Assembly: GCA_016934255.1 (NCBI GenBank)
Contig: JAFGTG010000098.1
Coordinates: forward strand, 1 to 29,023
Reading direction: 5' to 3'
DNA length: 29,023 nucleotides
Source: Sedimentisphaerales bacterium
GTDB lineage: Bacteria > Planctomycetota > Phycisphaerae > Sedimentisphaerales > Anaerobacaceae
The position numbers and the translations under genes were made by a program. The notes under the pieces are model-generated. The model was not told the DNA's origin. It ran no database searches and was given only the letters and a program-made list of their open reading frames with translations. Positions within the stretch are counted from its first letter, which is position 1; each line of letters starts with the position of its first letter. Below are positions 8,688 through 17,159 of this stretch, piece after piece.

Positions 8688-10259
8688 TTATCCGACCGTT
8701 ATTTCCTGCCGATAAGGCGCCACCATCGTAACATGCGTGCCTTCTCCGGGTCCAGATTTAATTTCCAGACGTCCTCCTAAATATTCTAACCGTTCTCGAA
8801 TGTTAAAAAGACCGAAGCCCCCGCTCGGCGTCAAAGAGGCATCGAGCTCGGACACATTAAATCCGACTCCGTCATCCTCGACGCTCACACGTACCATATC
8901 GTGGTTCTTTTCGATACGAACCGTGACCCGGCTTGCCTCGGCATATTTGACGACATTCGCAAGAAGTTCTTTAATGGCTCTGAAAAAGGTAATTTTGGTC
9001 TCATCATCGAGCCCCAACGGGGATGCGTCTCTGATCAGTTCGCATGATAAACTGTACTTGTCCTGGATATCATGCTTCAGCCATGATTTCACGGCTGCTT
9101 CCAGCCCGACTTGGTACAACTCCGCGTTACTCAGATCAAAAACCAATTCCCGGGCGTTTTCAATGATTCCGTCGATCAGGTGGCATGGACCTTCGAGGGA
9201 GGTCGCAATGGTTTCGTCTTCCACCGAGGCTCCCAGCGATTGCAATCCGAACTTGGCCATCACTAACTTCTGAGCCATGTCATCGTGTATGCCTGCGGCG
9301 ATACGTTGTCTTTCACGCTCCTCTGCCAGGGATAGCTCCGAAGCCAGGGATTTCAATCTCAATTGGTACTCACGAATCCTTCTCTGCGCCTCTCGTTGTT
9401 CGGTAATGTCTTCGGCCGAGAACATACCGACGTTTTTGCCGGGAATATTGAGCAGGACGGCGTGGTACCGGAGGGTGCGGACCTGCCCCTGTTTCGTGCG
9501 GATGTTGACTTCGTAGTCTTGCAGGATTCGATTTTTTCTCACATGTTGAAGCATTTCATAGAGTCGTTGAGGCTCGACCCAAAAGTTGAGTTTATCGAAC
9601 GTCGTGCCGATGACGTCTTCCCGGCTGTAGCCCGTAATACGGGCGAAGGCATCGTTCACAAAGATCCTGCGATTTTCATCGAAATCAACAATGCCCATCA
9701 AACTCGGGCTGGCCTGGAAAGCCTTGGCCAATCGTTCTTCACTTTCCCGAACCTTTTCCTCCGCGCGTTTATGCTCGGTTATGTCTCTGACGATGGCCTG
9801 GATGAAGATCTTGCCGTTCAGCTTGATCTGATTCAAAGACACCTGCGTTTCCAAAGGGCTGCCGTCGTATTTCAAATGACTCCATTCGAAGGATTGCGGT
9901 TTTCCCTTCATCACCAGCATGAGTTTTTCCCGGGCTTTCTCATTCGAGCGGCGTCCATCGGCTTGAAACTCAGGTGAAAAAGGACCGTAAGGTGTCTTGC
10001 CAACAATCTGTTCCCACGTGCAGCCGAACATCTCTAACGCCATGGGATTGCATTCGACGAATGTATCGAAATCCATCAGGAATACGGCGTCGTTGGCATT
10101 GTCGAAAAGAACGTGGTAGAGAACCTTAAAATGAGCAAAAGCCTTTTTCGGATCATCCTGTTGAACGATGCCCGGTCTCGAGCACGGTATCTTTGTCTTG
10201 TTTTGTTTTCTCGCTACCCCTTCGGGGCTATTGTTTCTCGCTTTCTTTCGTTCGGACAC
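8688..10259 (-). CDS. Cytoplasmic sensor histidine kinase: two PAS domains plus HisKA_3 and HATPase_c
   Basis: No transmembrane segment. Two PAS/PAC regions (..NDAVFLMDFDTFVECNPMALEMFG..; ..IVDFDENRRIFVNDAFARITGYSREDVIG..). H-box ERERQRIAAGIHDDMAQKL, typical of the HisKA_3 family partnered with NarL-type regulators. ATPase G-boxes (DDGVGF, GGFGLFNIRER). GTG start with GGAGG 8 nt upstream. 14-bp gap to the regulator. Confidence 0.85.
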   Translation of the reverse strand: MSERKKARNNSPEGVARKQNKTKIPCSRPGIVQQDDPKKAFAHFKVLYHVLFDNANDAVFLMDFDTFVECNPMALEMFGCTWEQIVGKTPYGPFSPEFQADGRRSNEKAREKLMLVMKGKPQSFEWSHLKYDGSPLETQVSLNQIKLNGKIFIQAIVRDITEHKRAEEKVRESEERLAKAFQASPSLMGIVDFDENRRIFVNDAFARITGYSREDVIGTTFDKLNFWVEPQRLYEMLQHVRKNRILQDYEVNIRTKQGQVRTLRYHAVLLNIPGKNVGMFSAEDITEQREAQRRIREYQLRLKSLASELSLAEERERQRIAAGIHDDMAQKLVMAKFGLQSLGASVEDETIATSLEGPCHLIDGIIENARELVFDLSNAELYQVGLEAAVKSWLKHDIQDKYSLSCELIRDASPLGLDDETKITFFRAIKELLANVVKYAEASRVTVRIEKNHDMVRVSVEDDGVGFNVSELDASLTPSGGFGLFNIRERLEYLGGRLEIKSGPGEGTHVTMVAPYRQEITVG

Positions 10260-10294
10260 GGCTCAGCCTCCACTCTTCTCGACCACGATCATAG

Positions 10295-10320
10295 TTCGCA
10301 AACGCAGATACCATTGCGAA
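10295..10320. promoter_or_regulatory. Operator-like palindrome TTCGCAA-N12-TTGCGAA in the promoter region of the kinase-regulator operon
   Basis: 7-bp perfect inverted repeat located 36-60 bp upstream of the kinase GTG start on the minus strand. Confidence 0.3.
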
Positions 10321-10514
10321 AAAGCGTATTTTCGGCTACCCGTTTATTGCATCTCTGAGGATGTAAATCATCTGATAATCGATTTGGAGGCCAAAGTCAA
10401 ACAAAAACGCCCAATAAAATCATGAAGGGTTGCCCGGAGATGAATTGAAATATATCTATGTTACGCACTGACTTACCGAATCAATCGGGGGCTTCGAAGT
10501 GATACGGGAGCAGA

Positions 10515-10910
10515 CTATGACGGATTGAGCCATTGACTCGCAAGGTCCGCATCCGTGAAAATCTGCCAGTTATAGCCGGCATTCATAGAGCATATCTCGA
10601 AGAAATTGTGTGTTTTATCTTCCGGATCGACGATCATCGCGGCTTTCGAACGCCGCTCGAAACCGAGTTCTTTGAGGCGATAATTGACAATGTCATAGTC
10701 CTCGATCGTGGTCTTCATACTGGGCACCCCTCGCGCATCGATCAAATATCTGGACACACCAAGTTCCCTCGCCCGGCGAAGAGCGTCTGCTAATAAATCA
10801 AGGAGTAATGTTTTCGTAACGGGATCATAAACGCGAGCATAAATCCAAGGCTGATCTTCCGTAACATTAAGCTCATACGACATCGAATTCATAAGCACTG
10901 GTTTAGCCAT
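10515..10910 (-). CDS. Hypothetical small cytoplasmic protein, possibly STAS/anti-sigma-antagonist-like, upstream of the PAS kinase
   Basis: ORF on the same strand as the kinase and regulator, 255 bp upstream. ...RYLIDARGVPSMKTTIEDYDIVNYRLKELGF... vaguely resembles STAS-type alpha/beta domains. Start uncertain: TTG at 10925 or ATG at 10910 directly abutting GGGG. Confidence 0.4.
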   Translation of the reverse strand: MAKPVLMNSMSYELNVTEDQPWIYARVYDPVTKTLLLDLLADALRRARELGVSRYLIDARGVPSMKTTIEDYDIVNYRLKELGFERRSKAAMIVDPEDKTHNFFEICSMNAGYNWQIFTDADLASQWLNPS

Positions 10911-11344
10911 CCCCTTTCTATCCAATCGTTTTAATCTCTAAAAATGAAAAAGGGGATTAACGGCCTGGTTCCCCCAAGCAGCAACGAGCATGAACAAAAC
11001 GCCCATATTCATGCGTCATCAGTGTCCAGGCCGATAAATCCCTTAATAGACAACTAAGTAAATTATTTCGACTAAAGGCTGAAAAAGTGAAGGAGGTTTA
11101 TCCTCTATAGACATAAGGAAAATCCTCCACTTTCATCGATCCGTCTGGTAAGATCCCCGCGATTTTGCGGTGAAAGAAGCTGGGTTAAATGACCCGAATC
11201 GACCTGCTTTGTCATCTTTAAAAAAATCTGAAAAAAATCATTTTATGATTGCAATCCAAAGGCATACCCATGATATTTATATTCAAAGGCGCAGCGTTTC
11301 GTAGAAAAATTTCATACCAAAATCTTTTTTTAGGGAGATGGACC

Positions 11345-13822
11345 ATGTCGAGAATGAAGACAAAAATCACAGGATCTCTAAAGCAAATTGTTGTTTCATG
11401 TATCTTCCTCCTTTTAGGAACCGAATCTATTTACGCTCAGAACACGATCTTCGGGAGCGTCATTAACATCAGTAATAACAGCGCCTCAAAAGATACCGAT
11501 CCGAGTGTAGCGGCGAGTGGAGACAATATTTACATCGTCTGGTGCGAAGTCAACAGGGAAAATACGGCAGACTCGCGGATATTATTCAGATACAGCTACG
11601 ATAATGGCCAGACATGGAATCCCTCATTAGAGGAGATGCCCGTTGATCTGGGAAGAGGTGTAGAACCAAAAGTGACTGCCCTTGGGGATTATGTTTATGT
11701 AACCTACAGAAACGAAATCTCCGTCGGCGTGCAACAATTAAACTTCAGAGCCAGTCTTGACCGGGGATTAACCTGGAATCCAGCCATAACCGATCCTGCT
11801 ATCGATCTAAGTAGCACGGAGGAAGGTGTTGGGATTACACCCTGGTTGATTCCGTCTCACAATTTAGCTGCATCGGGCAATCACGTATATGTTATCTGGA
11901 GTGGTAGCCGTCCCGGTTATGATTATCTTGTTGCCCAATTTCGCAGGAGCTCCGACAATGGTGTTTCTTGGGATTCCCCGCTAAATCATACGCCTGTTAT
12001 GTTCGCCGACCATGGTGATGATTCCTACTTTCCTGATGTTGCATCATACGGAACGTCTGTTTATGTTGTTTGGAATGCGCTACACTATGGTCCAGGCATT
12101 GCTGATCAGATATTTTTTGCACGAAGCACAGATAGCGGAGCGACTTTTGACAATGAAATTAACGTAAGCAATGCAACCCTCCAAGCCACCAAGCCCCATA
12201 TTATCGCTTACAGAAATGAGGCGTACATTGTATGGGGCCACATATTCATGGGAAGCAACCTCGATCTTGCTATCAGAAAAACTTCTGACAATGGAACGAG
12301 TTGGTTTCCTCTTTTGTCGGACTCTCCCACGCGTTTGATTGAAGACGGTTTAGAGTGGGACATTGCAGGTTCAGAGAGTAAAGTATATGTTATAGAAGAA
12401 GCGTATAGCGTCCCAGATAACAGTGATTACCGTAGTATTCATTACCGGGAAAGTAGTGATGGAGCAACGATATGGAATCCCCCCGTGTTAGAGGATCCCA
12501 GAACCCTGGTCGGCCCGTATGAGCAACAGTTTGCGCCTCGGATTGCGGCCGCACGCAACCACGTATATGTCGCATGGGAGCATGTAGTACCCTTCTGGCT
12601 TGAAGATACGAAAGAAGTTTTGCTTCGTATCGGCAATCATACCTCTCCCGGTTCGACTTTATCAAGCTGGGACAATGAACGCCAAATGAATCAGCATTTG
12701 GCGAGTCTAAACGAAAGCCCCTCTTTGCCGTTGACGTTGCAATGGATCATAACTCTTCCCGATGCGGTGAAAACAACACCCGTACGGCATCGAAATATTG
12801 AAAGAGTCTATGTGGGTTGCGATGACCGCAGGATTTACGCCCTTGATCCCTCGACGGGATCGGTCGTCTGGAATGTCCCGACGTCCGGACGTGTCGGCAC
12901 ATCTCCGACCATTGAAGTGGGCAAGGGCTACGAAAATCTCTTTGCGACTTCTGAGGATGGAAAGCTCTATAAATTGAATCCCTACACGGGAGAGATAAAA
13001 TGGACAATCGAAACACTCCCGAGTTCTTTGATGTCCTCCCCGATGACTGATGCGGGTATCCTTTACTACGTTGCTCAGGACGAACTCGGCAGCCTATTGC
13101 GCGCCATTGATACATTTGATGGAAGTATCATGTGGGATATGCCCTTGGATGCCGTTACTGCAAGTACACCGATGGAAGCCTTCAGAACAATCTATATCGG
13201 CATCCCCCAAAATCACGCCGCCCTCCTCGGCGTACATGGTATTAACGGCAATATCGTGTTCCGTCAGACCGACGACAGTCCGTCAGCCGGTTCATATACC
13301 AGTGGAGTGCCCGATCTGGAGGCCACGGATTACAATATTGATAGTTACCCGATTTATGTTGGGACTCGAGATCGTATTATCAAAGCCATCCGAAGCAATG
13401 ACAGGCATGTTCTTTGGGAAGAAGAACTTCCCGGATTCGGGACCGGACCTGTTACGGGGATGGCCTTGACTCAAAAGAGGAGCACGAATACCTTAGTCGT
13501 AAGTCAGTTGAATCAATTACATGCGCTGGGGCCCAGCTTTTCCGATCCTCTTCGTTTCGAGATTCAATGGAGCCGTACGTTCAATGGAAATCTCATGATC
13601 GATAAATACAAAACGCCAAAACCGTTGATTTGGGGGAACTATGTTTTTCACGTTGTTGAAGAAAACAGATTAGTAGCGTTTTCATTGGCGGATGGGAGCG
13701 AGCAGTGGAGCTATACTCTGGCAGCGCCAACGGTATCCTCTCCTTCGGTTGACGGTGAATCTTTATATATTGCGGATAATAGCGGAAGTGTTTATCGGTT
13801 TTTAAATCCCCTTGCCCCTTAA
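11345..13822 (+). CDS. Secreted BNR/Asp-box repeat protein fused to a C-terminal PQQ-like beta-propeller
   Basis: Signal peptide MSRMKTKITGSLKQIVVSCIFLLLGTESIYAQ after a GGGAG RBS. Six S-x-D-x-G-x-T-W/F Asp-box motifs (SYDNGQTW, SLDRGLTW, SSDNGVSW, STDSGATF, TSDNGTSW, SSDGATIW). The C-terminus carries PQQ/BamB-like blades (RIYALDPSTGSVVWN, KLYKLNPYTGEIKWT, AIDTFDGSIMWD, LVAFSLADGSEQWSY). The track ORF starts earlier at 11249. Confidence 0.75.
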   Translation: MSRMKTKITGSLKQIVVSCIFLLLGTESIYAQNTIFGSVINISNNSASKDTDPSVAASGDNIYIVWCEVNRENTADSRILFRYSYDNGQTWNPSLEEMPVDLGRGVEPKVTALGDYVYVTYRNEISVGVQQLNFRASLDRGLTWNPAITDPAIDLSSTEEGVGITPWLIPSHNLAASGNHVYVIWSGSRPGYDYLVAQFRRSSDNGVSWDSPLNHTPVMFADHGDDSYFPDVASYGTSVYVVWNALHYGPGIADQIFFARSTDSGATFDNEINVSNATLQATKPHIIAYRNEAYIVWGHIFMGSNLDLAIRKTSDNGTSWFPLLSDSPTRLIEDGLEWDIAGSESKVYVIEEAYSVPDNSDYRSIHYRESSDGATIWNPPVLEDPRTLVGPYEQQFAPRIAAARNHVYVAWEHVVPFWLEDTKEVLLRIGNHTSPGSTLSSWDNERQMNQHLASLNESPSLPLTLQWIITLPDAVKTTPVRHRNIERVYVGCDDRRIYALDPSTGSVVWNVPTSGRVGTSPTIEVGKGYENLFATSEDGKLYKLNPYTGEIKWTIETLPSSLMSSPMTDAGILYYVAQDELGSLLRAIDTFDGSIMWDMPLDAVTASTPMEAFRTIYIGIPQNHAALLGVHGINGNIVFRQTDDSPSAGSYTSGVPDLEATDYNIDSYPIYVGTRDRIIKAIRSNDRHVLWEEELPGFGTGPVTGMALTQKRSTNTLVVSQLNQLHALGPSFSDPLRFEIQWSRTFNGNLMIDKYKTPKPLIWGNYVFHVVEENRLVAFSLADGSEQWSYTLAAPTVSSPSVDGESLYIADNSGSVYRFLNPLAP

Positions 13823-13847
13823 AATGCTATGTAAATGGATGTGACGC

Positions 13848-16013
13848 TTATGGCAATGTAATTTTATCCGTTTGGTTCGCGACCCATATGAGTGCGTTTG
13901 CGATCAGGAGTGCTCCGTCGGTCGTTGCGTCCCAGGAATAGTTGTTGATATCGGATGACACCGGGTAGAATCCGAGATCGACGCGTCGAACGTCGCCCAT
14001 CATCTTTGTTACGACCAGGGGCCGACCGTCTGACCAATCCGCAATCCGAACCGCATCCGGCATCACATCGAGGCTCGACGGTCTATAGCTGCTGAAGCCG
14101 CCGTCAAAGACCGAGACGCCTTGCATAATCGGATGTTCGGGATCGTGGACGGTGCCTAATGTCGCGCGAGAGCCGCTTTCGATCTCGCTGCGCGGGATCG
14201 CGTAGTATTGCTCGCTGTCCCAGCGTCCTTTCATCATGGTATAGCCGGACGCGATCTCGAACATCGTGCAGACCACACCGCCGCCGGCATCGACATAATC
14301 CGCCATGACGTCTCCGAAGGTTGAAGGATCGTTGTAAGGGATGTTTTGATAAACCAGTACGGCGTCGAAAGCTTGCAAGTCGGCCAATGTCGGCGTCGCC
14401 GCGTTAATGTTCATTACATTAACGTCATTGAATTGGCCGGTAGCCAGAAGTTTCTGCCGGATGTCGTCAAGAATTACTTCTTTCTCCGCCCCGCAGATCA
14501 AAACATTCGGTAGAGCACTGTCGGGATCGACGGTCAGACCTTTAATGCAGACATTCGTATTCGGATATTCATCGGTGATATCCGTAAAAGTCACTCCGTT
14601 TTTGCTGACATAACTTTCGCCCGCGTTGGCGGTCGAGACGGTGTTGTAGCCGTCTATTGGCATTTCGAGCGGGACGGGCCAGGAGTAACCCGGCGTAGTC
14701 AGCTTGACGACAATGCCAAAATCGTCGCCCTTCATCAGGGTTACCGGCGTCGGCAACGTGACGGTGTAGTACCCCGGAAAGGTCAAGGTACCTTCGGTTG
14801 AAACCAAAAGCTCGGAAAAAAAGCTTCCATTAAAACGATCATAGATGCACACTTCGTAAGAGGTGTTTTGAGCAAGAGTATAAAAACCGACCGCACTGAG
14901 AACTTCGTTCGCCTCGGCCGTGAAAACATTCGCGCCCCAGGCCGTTTCCTGGCCTCCCCATGAGGTCGTCTGGCCAAGCGGATCGTACTGATAAATATGC
15001 TGATACGACGATGTCGGCACGGCGTCGTAGTAACCGACCGCTTCCGTGACCGCCTTCGCGTCTTCATAGGAGATATAGAAATATCCATTCTCACCGAAAA
15101 GTCTTCCCCAACTGTTTTTGGCGATCCAGGCCCCATTGGTTTGCGCGCCCTCCACACTTTTCTTATCGTGCCACCCGACGATCGTGATATCGTGATTCAC
15201 TTCGTCGGCCCCGCTAAGACGGCCGTCGTAGAAGTACGTATTCATTGAGGAATTAAAATAACGATCATCGTAAAACATCCATGCATGCACCGCCCCGGAA
15301 TTCACGATCGCGTTTTTGATCTCCTCAGAGCTACTATAACGCAAGACGGTCGTCACATATTTTTGGCAGGGTCCTCCGGGCGAAAGGCGGTCGGCCCGGT
15401 CGTTATAGGGATCGTCCGACTCGCTCACCGGTCCCGCCCAGCGGGTCAGATACGCGATGGACATCTGTTCGTTGCCTCCCTCGCACGGACTCATGTCAAA
15501 ACCATGATGGTTTTTCAAATGATTCTCTGAGAAGTCCCAGGGTTTCCCCTCCAACATCAGCAATGTACTCTCCAGGGCGCCATAGGTGGAAAACGTCCAG
15601 CAAGCTCCGCAGGAGCCCTGATTTCTCACCGCCGTGACGAATCCTTCGTCTCTGAGATCGAATGCCGTCGGGGTCGTCGTCCGGAACATCAACGATACAC
15701 TCTGAGATTTTAAATGAGACCAATCGAGTGGAGAGGGTACCCGGCCGAACGTCTGACCGGCGGTCTCTCGCGACTCGAACATTAACATGGATTCTTTTTC
15801 AACAAGATGGTTTTGAAATTCCGGATTGAGAGGCGCCAGCTCATCCTGCAACGACATATCCGCCGCCCACCCGATCTGATTCGACACACATATCCCACCA
15901 AGAAGAAGGAGAAATACCCACTGCGTCCAATAAAAAATATTACGGAACGTCGGTGCTTTATCACTCCGCCTCTCCCGACGGTGAGATGCACTCCGAGGTG
16001 TCGATTCTTTCAT
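13848..16013 (-). CDS. Secreted papain-family (C1) cysteine peptidase with a long (~350 aa) C-terminal extension
   Basis: Active-site motifs QGSCGACWTFSTYGALES (Gln/Cys), VNHDITIVGWHD (His) and AKNSWG (Asn). N-terminal hydrophobic segment WTQWVFLLLLGGICVSNQIGWAA. The C-terminal half (..VLICGAEKEVILDDIRQKLLATGQF..FDAVLVYQNIP..DYVDAGGGVVCTMFE..) looks like an extra alpha/beta domain of unclear family. Start taken at the ATG after GGGGGG; the track start at 16055 is TTG. Confidence 0.8.
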   Translation of the reverse strand: MKESTPRSASHRRERRSDKAPTFRNIFYWTQWVFLLLLGGICVSNQIGWAADMSLQDELAPLNPEFQNHLVEKESMLMFESRETAGQTFGRVPSPLDWSHLKSQSVSLMFRTTTPTAFDLRDEGFVTAVRNQGSCGACWTFSTYGALESTLLMLEGKPWDFSENHLKNHHGFDMSPCEGGNEQMSIAYLTRWAGPVSESDDPYNDRADRLSPGGPCQKYVTTVLRYSSSEEIKNAIVNSGAVHAWMFYDDRYFNSSMNTYFYDGRLSGADEVNHDITIVGWHDKKSVEGAQTNGAWIAKNSWGRLFGENGYFYISYEDAKAVTEAVGYYDAVPTSSYQHIYQYDPLGQTTSWGGQETAWGANVFTAEANEVLSAVGFYTLAQNTSYEVCIYDRFNGSFFSELLVSTEGTLTFPGYYTVTLPTPVTLMKGDDFGIVVKLTTPGYSWPVPLEMPIDGYNTVSTANAGESYVSKNGVTFTDITDEYPNTNVCIKGLTVDPDSALPNVLICGAEKEVILDDIRQKLLATGQFNDVNVMNINAATPTLADLQAFDAVLVYQNIPYNDPSTFGDVMADYVDAGGGVVCTMFEIASGYTMMKGRWDSEQYYAIPRSEIESGSRATLGTVHDPEHPIMQGVSVFDGGFSSYRPSSLDVMPDAVRIADWSDGRPLVVTKMMGDVRRVDLGFYPVSSDINNYSWDATTDGALLIANALIWVANQTDKITLP

Positions 16014-16236
16014 TCGTGAGCCCCCCATCCAGGGTCGCAAGTTGACACGTTTCAAATCATATACCTATATTTTGCCCGATTTAACCATTTTTGTCAAGAA
16101 AATTCTGCTCAATCCGTTATGCAGTGGCTGTCGCTGCTTATCTAACTATCAATGACTTCCAAAAATCATATAACATAAGTCATTAATCAAAAATAAGTTA
16201 CAAAAATTCAGAGAAAAACTCGTGAATTTTCCTTGT

Positions 16237-16267
16237 ATAATATGAATAATAGTTCATAATATGAATA
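16237..16267. promoter_or_regulatory. Two direct copies of ATAATATGAATA (16237-16248 and 16256-16267), each with a -10-like TATAAT/CATAAT, in the divergent region between the C1 peptidase and TetR genes
   Basis: Seen directly in the AT-rich 260-bp divergent intergenic region. Candidate promoter or TetR-operator. Confidence 0.3.
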
Positions 16268-16317
16268 TAAAATCATAATTTGACTCAAGAATCAAAAAAA
16301 TGTAGTAGGGCAATCAG

Positions 16318-16947
16318 ATGGCGACGAAACGGTTATCACGCAAGGAACGCGACCGATTGCGGCATAGGCAGGAAATCCTTAGTAAGGCGTTAAAGCTGTT
16401 TACGGAACGGGGTTTTCACAACGTTTCGATGCAGCAGATCGCCGAGGCGTCGGAATTCGCCGTGGGCACGTTGTACAATTTCTTCGAGAACAAGGAATCG
16501 CTTTTCGACGAACTTATGCGAATGTGTGAAGAGAGGATTATCGAGGCACTCGTCGCCGTACTGGATGCGCCGGGCACGGAAGTGGACCGTTTGACTCGCT
16601 ATATTCGATACGCACCCGATATGATCGAAGTGCATGCTCCGTTTATCAAACTGTTCGTGTCGGAATTGGGCACGCGGGGGGTGAAACTTTCACAAAATCG
16701 GGATAAGGAACATTTCGATTCCATGATTTACGCCAGATTAGAACAGCTTCTGGCGGACGGAATACGCAAGGGTCACTTTCGCCCCGTCGATCCGGCCATA
16801 ACGGCCAAGGCTCTTAGCTCCATCTCGGAAACATTGGCGTTAGAAATGGCTGATCGGTTTGACAAAAACGAAGCGAAAGAAATATTCGATAAGATCGAGC
16901 ACCTCTTCATCGGCGGACTCCTCCGGCCGGGGGGGGCAAACCGATGA
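16318..16947 (+). CDS. TetR/AcrR-family transcriptional regulator
   Basis: N-terminal TetR HTH: ILSKALKLFTERGFHNVSMQQIAEASEFAVGTLYNFFENKESLF. Positioned immediately upstream of the TolC-adaptor-RND genes. Confidence 0.85.
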   Translation: MATKRLSRKERDRLRHRQEILSKALKLFTERGFHNVSMQQIAEASEFAVGTLYNFFENKESLFDELMRMCEERIIEALVAVLDAPGTEVDRLTRYIRYAPDMIEVHAPFIKLFVSELGTRGVKLSQNRDKEHFDSMIYARLEQLLADGIRKGHFRPVDPAITAKALSSISETLALEMADRFDKNEAKEIFDKIEHLFIGGLLRPGGANR

Positions 16948-17159
16948 CTAAATGCGTAATCATGAAGTTATTGAAAAAACTGAGTTTGTTACGTCGCTCT
17001 ACAGCTCCGATGAAAATCGGATTCATGGCCACGGGTAGGGGGGGCAAAGGTCGTCTTTTGTCCACGTGGGTTCCGGTGAATGCCGAAAGCCGACTGAAAT
17101 CGCGTGCGCAAGCCGCCGGAGGCGGACACACCCTACCTTTCTTTTCTTCTCGGTATCAA

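Noticed and set aside
9363-9977. 204-aa plus-strand ORF
   Set aside because: It lies entirely antisense to the histidine kinase. The kinase frame carries clear H-box and ATPase motifs.
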